Made by a program: the position numbers and the translations under genes. DNA of 64,000 bases from a virus (lineage: Duplodnaviria > Caudoviricetes): the IMG/VR virus record IMGVR_UViG_3300031993_000006, positions 1 to 64,000 of that record, one strand, 5' to 3'. This document shows positions 56,615 through 64,000 of the stretch, in pieces. Each line of letters begins with the position of its first letter. Position 1 is the stretch's first letter. Under the pieces are notes generated by a model. The model was given only the letters and a program-made list of their open reading frames with translations. It was not told the origin of the DNA and did not search any database.

Positions 56615-59031
56615 ACCATGCGGCCCCTATACTTGAACGGGAGCATTATCTCCCTTACCTCACCGGCAGGGACGATTACGCCAAGAATCAGGTAAATCCC
56701 GTGCGGACCCATATCCTGTATGTCACAGCGTTCATAGACAATGCGGATTCGCGGTTCATACTTCTCGATTGCAGAAACGCATTCCTTGAGAACATCGTTC
56801 GGGTTACCGCCAGCGCGGAGGGCAAATATGCGCTCCTCGATGGTAGTGCCGAAGTCCGGATTGAACAGGCGTTCCCCCTTCCGGGTCAACAGGCAATTAT
56901 ACAGGTTCTGGATAATGCTGTTCTCGTCGGTAATCTCGGTAAATCCGTTAAACGCGAAGTCCCTATTATATGACGCGCTTCGGCTTATCGTGGCATCGCT
57001 ATCCCCGGGCTTCATCCGCTCATTCAGCTTGACCACCTTCGGCGCAGCATAATACGCGGTGAGCTGAACAGTCTCGGAACACGCCTTTGCCGTTTCGGCA
57101 TCCCATTCCTCCTCACTACGCTTCGTCATCACGGTAAGCTGGACTTTACCATTGTATTCGTCCGGCATAAAGAATGTAATCTCGTTCTCGCTCATCGTGT
57201 AGACAGGAACCCACTTGTCGGCAGGGTCGCCATCACGGAGACGGATTCGTGTATTCCCGGCGAGTGAATTGAATATCTTTGCATTGAGCGAATCGATAGT
57301 GATGAGTTCGCCAGCGGTCAGAAAATCCGGGTACACCTTGATTGGTATAAGGGATTCGTCCCCAGCATCGCTAGCAGAAGTAAGCTCTATCCTGAAACTG
57401 TCGTCAGGTTCTTGACCGGCGGCATTCAATACAGGAACCCTAAGCGCCACCTTAGCCCCGGTGCGCCCATACAAGGTAAACCCAAGAGATACCGGGCGGC
57501 CAGTAGCAACCCACTTGTTCCCTATCGAAGACGGGATGTCAATGGTGAACTGTACACCAGGTTCACCATAATAACAGGTCTGCGGGCACACGTCGGAGTG
57601 CCCGTCACAAGGGTCAGACTTCACTTCGACCTTTCCAATCGGCGACTTCGAAATCTTGGCATATACATCGGAAGCCTTGCCCGTCACATCCCAGTAACTA
57701 TCCGACAGCTGAGACATACAAATCTCGGTAGCTACCTCGGTGCTACGTTTGACACACAAGGTTATAACGAACCCGTTTGTATCGGTAGCATCAGTGGATA
57801 CCGGAGGAACAAATGTAATTACTCCGAACTTCCGCGCAGAAATTTCAATCTCGTTACGCCATACGGAACCGGTTGCATCATTGTCCAAGTCGAAAGCCCC
57901 GAACTTTACCGGGTACATCGTCTTCGGATTATTTTCACGGGTGGACGAATTGTCTACCGAGGTAGTATCAAAGGTATTCCTCGCGCGTTTCCGTGTAGTA
58001 ACCGGTGCCGCATTGACAATGTAATTTGCCGGAACATCAGATACAGGCGTACGGGGCGCGTAGATAACCGAATCAAATGACGATGTTATTTCGATATCCG
58101 GCGAACGGCAGATAAAGGAGTTCGGCGCAACCGACTCTATCACCGCATTGTACACTACAGGTTCGCCGCCTTGACAAAGCGTCACCCTATCCTTTTCCTG
58201 GAATGTATGCGCGGGCCAGGCGACAAGCGCCTCGTGATAGCTACAGTATACTTGTCTATCAACAATATATTCACATACTATCCACTTACTACTAACAAGT
58301 CCGGGAAAATCCTCGTAGGAATACCGAGGTTCCGCGCCAATGGCAAAAAAGCTGGTCCTGTAGGTGTAGGAATCAGGAGAAACCACGGAAACCTTAAATG
58401 TTCCGTTAAAGCGCTCGCCGTTGACCCCGCAAGAATGGTCGGTAACCGGGAACCCGGATACGGCAATCGCATCCCCATCGGAATACCCGTGCGGTCCATC
58501 GGTCACGACGGTCACCGTGTAGGTTACCGGGTCGAACACGGCAGACTTTATGCCGACAGAAGAATAGCGCCGTTCAAGAAGAATGCCAACCGGCAAATTG
58601 TCCGACTGATACATTCCATGCAAGGCGGATTCGCCATAGGTGGTAACCGCGCGGCCCTTGTAATCAAACAGTTCAATCGTGTGTTCAAGGCTATCGCCGG
58701 AAAAACTGCAGCAGATTGAAGTATTGAACGAGGAGTCATGCTTTCCGGGAGTCCTTGCGGCATCCGTATCATAGAACGGATGGCGGAACACGCCATTCCA
58801 TTCCTCGTACGAAATCACATCGCACGGATTGTCGGATACCGCATACAGGCCAGTACGGGTAGCTGACGACAGGTCGTTGACCCCATCATAACGAAGAAAG
58901 AGGCGAACCCGGTAGTTCCCGGGGTCAGCCATCCCCTCTGTAAAGGCAAAGGAATAACAAGTATTGCCATTAGCGGCAACAAAGCTATTCACACTATCCA
59001 GTATCCGAGTAATTCCCATATTACACACCAT
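56611..59031 (-). CDS. Baseplate wedge gp25-domain protein with about 670 aa of N-terminal beta-rich domains
   Basis: C-terminal SIIQNLYNCLLTRKGERLFNPDFGT...AIEKYEPRI. Confidence 0.85.
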   Translation of the reverse strand: MVCNMGITRILDSVNSFVAANGNTCYSFAFTEGMADPGNYRVRLFLRYDGVNDLSSATRTGLYAVSDNPCDVISYEEWNGVFRHPFYDTDAARTPGKHDSSFNTSICCSFSGDSLEHTIELFDYKGRAVTTYGESALHGMYQSDNLPVGILLERRYSSVGIKSAVFDPVTYTVTVVTDGPHGYSDGDAIAVSGFPVTDHSCGVNGERFNGTFKVSVVSPDSYTYRTSFFAIGAEPRYSYEDFPGLVSSKWIVCEYIVDRQVYCSYHEALVAWPAHTFQEKDRVTLCQGGEPVVYNAVIESVAPNSFICRSPDIEITSSFDSVIYAPRTPVSDVPANYIVNAAPVTTRKRARNTFDTTSVDNSSTRENNPKTMYPVKFGAFDLDNDATGSVWRNEIEISARKFGVITFVPPVSTDATDTNGFVITLCVKRSTEVATEICMSQLSDSYWDVTGKASDVYAKISKSPIGKVEVKSDPCDGHSDVCPQTCYYGEPGVQFTIDIPSSIGNKWVATGRPVSLGFTLYGRTGAKVALRVPVLNAAGQEPDDSFRIELTSASDAGDESLIPIKVYPDFLTAGELITIDSLNAKIFNSLAGNTRIRLRDGDPADKWVPVYTMSENEITFFMPDEYNGKVQLTVMTKRSEEEWDAETAKACSETVQLTAYYAAPKVVKLNERMKPGDSDATISRSASYNRDFAFNGFTEITDENSIIQNLYNCLLTRKGERLFNPDFGTTIEERIFALRAGGNPNDVLKECVSAIEKYEPRIRIVYERCDIQDMGPHGIYLILGVIVPAGEVREIMLPFKYRGRMV

Positions 59032-61933
59032 TCTGCAGTGACGGGAAGTCGCCTAGACCACTATCGCTAATCGTCTTGATTGCATCCGGTATAGCGGCAA
59101 GTAAATCACGGTCAGCTTCCTCATCAAACGGTTCCTTGGCGGAAACAACCTGCTCAATCACAGTTACCGCTTTCGGAGAAGTCACTCCACCGATTACACT
59201 ATGCGCAAGCGAATCACCTAATACGCTATAGACTGTCTCCATCGGAACAAAGTCATTCGCAAACGAATCCGAACCGGAATCGTGCATATACATCATAGCC
59301 AATTTTGACAGAATACGGTCTTCGGGCAACCCATACTTGAGGAAGGTATTTTCATACCAGTCACGCAACTCGGAATCATTGTAGTAGAACAACATGTTCG
59401 AATCGTCATAGTTCTCCGGGTCATCCGGATATATCAGCCTAGCAGGATTGGACTCATCAACCGTAGCGCTCAAGAATCTCGCACCAAGCCATATAAAGTA
59501 TGACGACCAGTCAGGAGCACCGCCGCTAACATACTGAACAACACTGTCGCCGTCATTATCAAACTCAGCCTTGATACCGTCAACGAATCTAGGGAACGAA
59601 AGACTTGAAAGATTATGGTTCCGCATCAAGTAAACCAACGCCTTGTTCACAAACGCGCGAACATCAGCGGCCGATACGCCGGCGTCTGAAATTCCTTTAC
59701 TGACATACCCATTGAGTGCCAATGTGGCTACAATCCTAGCCAAGCTGAAGTTCGGAATAAGTTTCCGACGCACCAGACCAAAATAGGTATCGGTCGTCAA
59801 GTTCACAACAAGGTCACTTTCCGTTGCAGAGACGCCACCCGAATATGAATTGAGCAATTCAATAAACGGCTTCACCGCGCTGGCAAAGCGTGTCGGAGGA
59901 ATCGAAGCAAGTTGCCGCCCAATTTCACTGTTGGTACCCGGCCCATTAAATTTACCAGCAGCAAGCTGCTTAATCGTTTCAGCCCATACCCTAACGATAT
60001 CCCGAGTTTCTCCCTTGGGGTCACCCGGGTCAACGCTCACCTGCATATTGAAGCCATTCGGGAATTCAACCTTGCTAAAGCATCCAACACGGGTAAACGC
60101 ATTGGATATACGCTTCAAAGAACTAATAGCATACTTAAGTTTTGCATCAGGGCCATCATCCACAGTAGGAACATTTGGGCCAAGCAATCCAGCACGAAGC
60201 AAGTCACCCACGCCACTCTTACTTTCAGCATCGCCGGCACCGGCAAGAATATTATCAAACACCGCGTCAGCCATCGCAATAGCGTCATTGCCCGAATCGG
60301 TGTTTTCCATATTCATATCTTGAGCAGCAGTATCGCTACCCACCGTCTCGCCAACTCCACCGCCCTTCTTGTCATCGTCATCATCGCCATCAGATAATTC
60401 CGAGAATGATTTGCTACCCATCGTACGGGTACAGATATCAAAAAACGGTTCATTAGTTTTTGTTTTCGGGTTAAACCAAGTATATTGACCCCTGATAAGT
60501 TCGCACAACGCAGGAGACACTATGTCAAACTGTCCACCCGGCTTAGCCTGTTCCTTAATATCTTTCAGTACCTGAGCAATTACACTCTTACCCGCATTGC
60601 GCCCATTCTTCTTCAGGACGGCATCCTTATTAGTCATCAAAGGAGCCAATTCCTTTTCGAGGAGTTTAGCGCATACAGTCGACATGGTAACTTTCTTGGT
60701 AGTGTCCATCGATTGCAGGCCTGTTATGTACGCCGCACTCTGCAGACTCTTGTCAAGACCTGATGTTGCCGGCTTGAATTTATACTTATCGGAAAACCCG
60801 GAGAAGCCGAGCAATGCAAATTCGGAAGCCAAGTCCTTAATATCATGTTGACGGTCAAGCAAAGCCTTCATCTTTACGGCAGCAGCCTTGGGTTTTGCCG
60901 AAGCGATTCCACTATTGTAATTATCCTCAATATTCGAAACGATAATATGCGGAACGACAGCGACATATTCGCCGCCACCCTTAGTTGTTACCGGGTCCAT
61001 CACATCACTAGTTCCGATATGCTTCACGGTCTGCTCGCCGAGCTTAGCCTTGATAGAACCATCCGCTTTTGTAGCCTTCTGTGTAGATGCAGCCACAGTC
61101 CCGCGAGACAGTACAGATGACTTATAGTTCGGTTCAAGCCGCTTGATAAGCGCATTTTCGGAATACGGGTGAATAACAGGTATTCCACCTTCCTTACCGG
61201 AAACATGTCTTGATGCGCGTTCAGCAAGTTTCTGCACGGCACCCTTGTCGAAATCCAGTATTGTATCGTTGCGCAATTTACTGAGTATAGCAGAATCACT
61301 CAGGCCGAGGTAGCACAAGGCCGATATAATTTCGCTTGTTATCAGATTATCCGGAATACCTTCAGCGGTAATCTCGGCATCGTGGCCAAAGATACCGACT
61401 TGCTCCATAATCCACACAAGGTCCTGCGCAGTATGGATTGATTCGGACTTATCGTCAAGAGATGTCTTGAAGAATTCAAGAGCTTCTTTCAAATCAGCAT
61501 TGTCCGGTGCCTGTTCAGCCGCCTTGTTCCAGCTGTCATATACGGAAAGACCTATCATATAGACCTTACGATATATCGCAGCACGAGCATTGGCTATCAT
61601 TATCTTTTGGTTTGCGGTCACCTTAAAATCAGAGGTCTCTGCAGTCTTTGCCTTACTTCCTTTCTTGGCAGGAGTCTCATCCTCATCTTCATAAGGCATA
61701 CCCGGGATATCAACCTGAGCCGGCTCGTCAAGGTCATATGCTTCAGTGGAATCCTCATCCCCATCGCCAAGATAAGATGCCGAATCATCGTTTAAAAAAC
61801 CATTACCAAACTCGATTTCCTCGGTATCGTCATCGATACCCTCAAGTTTAGGCTTGCCGACAGGCTTCTTGGCAATCTGTTGAGACAATAAAATCCACGA
61901 TTCAAGCAATGTTTTGGGGTAGAGTAATTTCAT
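59021..61933 (-). CDS. Large late protein, probable virion protein
   Basis: 970 aa; TATAAACT at 61961-61968 (minus); N-terminal LLES and acidic segment. Confidence 0.75.
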   Translation of the reverse strand: MKLLYPKTLLESWILLSQQIAKKPVGKPKLEGIDDDTEEIEFGNGFLNDDSASYLGDGDEDSTEAYDLDEPAQVDIPGMPYEDEDETPAKKGSKAKTAETSDFKVTANQKIMIANARAAIYRKVYMIGLSVYDSWNKAAEQAPDNADLKEALEFFKTSLDDKSESIHTAQDLVWIMEQVGIFGHDAEITAEGIPDNLITSEIISALCYLGLSDSAILSKLRNDTILDFDKGAVQKLAERASRHVSGKEGGIPVIHPYSENALIKRLEPNYKSSVLSRGTVAASTQKATKADGSIKAKLGEQTVKHIGTSDVMDPVTTKGGGEYVAVVPHIIVSNIEDNYNSGIASAKPKAAAVKMKALLDRQHDIKDLASEFALLGFSGFSDKYKFKPATSGLDKSLQSAAYITGLQSMDTTKKVTMSTVCAKLLEKELAPLMTNKDAVLKKNGRNAGKSVIAQVLKDIKEQAKPGGQFDIVSPALCELIRGQYTWFNPKTKTNEPFFDICTRTMGSKSFSELSDGDDDDDKKGGGVGETVGSDTAAQDMNMENTDSGNDAIAMADAVFDNILAGAGDAESKSGVGDLLRAGLLGPNVPTVDDGPDAKLKYAISSLKRISNAFTRVGCFSKVEFPNGFNMQVSVDPGDPKGETRDIVRVWAETIKQLAAGKFNGPGTNSEIGRQLASIPPTRFASAVKPFIELLNSYSGGVSATESDLVVNLTTDTYFGLVRRKLIPNFSLARIVATLALNGYVSKGISDAGVSAADVRAFVNKALVYLMRNHNLSSLSFPRFVDGIKAEFDNDGDSVVQYVSGGAPDWSSYFIWLGARFLSATVDESNPARLIYPDDPENYDDSNMLFYYNDSELRDWYENTFLKYGLPEDRILSKLAMMYMHDSGSDSFANDFVPMETVYSVLGDSLAHSVIGGVTSPKAVTVIEQVVSAKEPFDEEADRDLLAAIPDAIKTISDSGLGDFPSLQNGV

Positions 61934-61971
61934 CCGGACATCCTCAGATTAGATATCCGTAGTTTATACTT

Positions 61972-62958
61972 TTACGGCAACTCAGGGATGTCCTGCGCAG
62001 GCCGCTCGCCACGCTCCGAGGCATAGTATTCATCATAATCGAAGTCAGGAACGTCATCCTTTTCCGGCGGAACATCATTCTCGTCGGCCACCCGGGCATC
62101 TTCCTGGAGCTTCTGCGAGTACATATAGAACGCCTGTTCCAGTTCAACCTCGTCGATATACATTACATCGTGAGGAATATCCCCCTGCGCAAGCATACGG
62201 AGCCCGCACTCCACGAAACCAGTCTCATTCGGGACCCATACGGTAAACATCCAGCCATCAAGTCCAGTAATGACCCCGATTGGTACAATATCCGGATTTC
62301 CCCCTACCAGAATCACCTCGTAGCGCCCGTGCTGCCCCTCGGTATCATCCTCGGCATCCGGCTCGCCACCGATAAAATCCTTGTTGGAGCGGAACATAGC
62401 AGATTCGGTCGCCGATATTGCGTAGACATCAAAACGGGTACCACCCATACGCTGGACAGTACCGACAAAATCCATTGAATCCGGGTTGGAAGCAATATAG
62501 CTGTTGACCAATCCGGCATCTATACCGGAATCCTTGCTAGGTACATGCTTCTTGGTATAGTCGACCGCATATCCGTAGGCTTCACAGGGGTCATCCACAT
62601 AGCCTATGCTGAATACGAAGTCATTGTTCTGCATGTACATTTCGGAAATGAAAGAACCGGTCTCGTTGCTAACCACGGCATCAGACACTTCTATGCCGCT
62701 TGCAACAATCCCGGGGTCGAGTATAAGCGGGACTCCCCCGAGCATATACAAAAAGACGACCTCGGTCTTGACAAGTTCTACAGAGCCCCTCATGATGTAA
62801 AAAGGTACCGGACGACCCTTGCATTCGGGTTCATCCGATATCTTGTCCATTTCGGCCTTAATCTCGTCCAGCATATTCCCGCCGTCGTAGTCCGAATAAA
62901 GTACGGCAAACGGGGCACACACGGACGAGCTACCGTTCATGTAGCTCTTGGAAGGCAT
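61972..62958 (-). CDS. Acidic hypothetical protein
   Basis: 328-aa ORF in the operon. Confidence 0.7.
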   Translation of the reverse strand: MPSKSYMNGSSSVCAPFAVLYSDYDGGNMLDEIKAEMDKISDEPECKGRPVPFYIMRGSVELVKTEVVFLYMLGGVPLILDPGIVASGIEVSDAVVSNETGSFISEMYMQNNDFVFSIGYVDDPCEAYGYAVDYTKKHVPSKDSGIDAGLVNSYIASNPDSMDFVGTVQRMGGTRFDVYAISATESAMFRSNKDFIGGEPDAEDDTEGQHGRYEVILVGGNPDIVPIGVITGLDGWMFTVWVPNETGFVECGLRMLAQGDIPHDVMYIDEVELEQAFYMYSQKLQEDARVADENDVPPEKDDVPDFDYDEYYASERGERPAQDIPELP

Positions 62959-62963
62959 CTAGC

Positions 62964-63509
62964 TTACTTCTTGATACCGTTCTTAATCAAGGTAAACACC
63001 GGATTGCTGGTCGGCTTCTTTTCACCAAGCTTTTCAGCCAAAGACGGTTCCTTCATATTGTTCTTGACATCGATATCGCTAAGTTCAGCATCGGTAAGAA
63101 GCTTCGAAAGCGTATTTACGATTGCCGTAAGGAGCGGAGAATCGGTATAGCCCTTGATATTCTTGTTGGCTTCACGAAGACGAGCGATTTCCTTCTTGTA
63201 TTCGCCGACACGAAGACGGATTGCATCCATGATTCCTTCCGGAGCCGTCGTAATGTCGATATCGAACACCATGTCCGGTGCATCGGAAACAATCTTACCG
63301 TCTTCAAAACGGATTCCGTACTGTTTCTCTTCCTCATCGGTAAATTCGAAGAGCTCGACGAACTGGCCGAACGGGAAAAATGTAGCCATCGTGCTCGGCA
63401 AATTGTGAGCATACTTGATTACATCGTGGCGCTCGACGATATTGAGGGAAACGATACGCTTTTCAACCTGGTTACCAGCCGCATCCGTTGTCTTGATAAT
63501 CTTTGCCAT
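62964..63509 (-). CDS. Hypothetical protein
   Basis: 181 aa with GAGG RBS. Confidence 0.75.
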   Translation of the reverse strand: MAKIIKTTDAAGNQVEKRIVSLNIVERHDVIKYAHNLPSTMATFFPFGQFVELFEFTDEEEKQYGIRFEDGKIVSDAPDMVFDIDITTAPEGIMDAIRLRVGEYKKEIARLREANKNIKGYTDSPLLTAIVNTLSKLLTDAELSDIDVKNNMKEPSLAEKLGEKKPTSNPVFTLIKNGIKK

Positions 63510-63535
63510 TTTAAAACCTCGTTTTGATATTGAAA

Positions 63536-64000
63536 TTATGTCTTTTTGCTGTACTTGGCGGCGATTCTGGCATCTCTTATGCCTTCATACGCCTTTTTGA
63601 GCCATTCGGCAGGTTCCTCCGGGGCCAATTCGATATTCACCATAGCCTTTACCCCGGTTCCAAGCAGGTCATCAACGGCCTGGGAGTAGTAGAAGCCATA
63701 AGTTTCAGGCGGAACGGTAACCACGAATAGCCTACCATAGACATCGAAGTCCACATTGGTACCCAAGATAAAGTCCTCAGGGTGAATCTGCTTGGTCATG
63801 CTGATAAACGGGAACCCTTCGTTCGACATATAGGCAGCCAAACCGCGGGATTCATCGGGAATCGGGTTCAATTCGATATTCAGGTCACCATTCGGACCCC
63901 CCTTGAACCCATCGTTACCCTTTCCGACGACACTCAGGTTGGTCATGCCCGGGGTGATATCGAACGAGAAGGTACAATCCTTGAAAATCTTACCCTCGCC
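63536..64000 (-). CDS. DnaJ-family protein, C-terminal part (5' end outside window)
   Basis: GKGNDGFKGGPNGDLNI...EDFILG...VTVPPET, typical of the DnaJ C-terminal domain. Confidence 0.8.
   Translation of the reverse strand, partial: GEGKIFKDCTFSFDITPGMTNLSVVGKGNDGFKGGPNGDLNIELNPIPDESRGLAAYMSNEGFPFISMTKQIHPEDFILGTNVDFDVYGRLFVVTVPPETYGFYYSQAVDDLLGTGVKAMVNIELAPEEPAEWLKKAYEGIRDARIAAKYSKKT

Noticed and set aside
1-64000. Stop-codon reassignment, tRNA genes, rRNA
   Set aside because: Conserved genes are full length in code 11 and end in TAA, TAG and TGA. No cloverleaf was recognised by eye, though tRNAscan was not run.

Overview
This 64-kb window is part of a large T4-superfamily-like myophage genome that uses the standard genetic code, with most genes on the minus strand. 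It has three main blocks. (1) A tail/baseplate module: tube-like proteins, gp4, gp5-, gp27-, gp53- and gp48-like proteins, tape measure, gp26-like chaperone, tail tube, a ~1300-aa sheath, and a gp25 fusion further right. (2) A T4-type replication/recombination set: gp47, UvsY, gp62/gp44, PolB, gp45, primase, gp32, gp33-like, RuvC, gp41 and UvsX, with thyA and folA. (3) Late, acidic, probably head-internal proteins. Two TnpB-only IS200/IS605 (IS1341-type) elements are present. All family calls come from motif recognition by eye, not database searches. Three recurrent intergenic motifs define likely promoter classes: ATAAACT before virion genes, TTGCTATATTT before replication genes, and TAGTTTCC. 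The TAnnTTTG-like box suggests an FCB-group host such as Fibrobacter (inference). The most notable observations are: (a) both TnpB elements sit exactly inside phage late promoters, because their target motif TTTAT is the reverse complement of the promoter core, and they carry promoter copies upstream of tnpB; (b) replisome proteins have Q/P/A/M-rich disordered extensions and gp32 ends in a bacterial SSB-like tail (DDTLPF), suggesting a condensate-type replication compartment; (c) a five-HTH/glycosyltransferase-fold fusion lies between primase and clamp; (d) a second, bacterial DnaN-like clamp accompanies gp45; (e) several sugar and cell-wall enzymes appear catalytically dead; (f) DnaJ-type zinc fingers are grafted into gp4 and a gp33-like protein.
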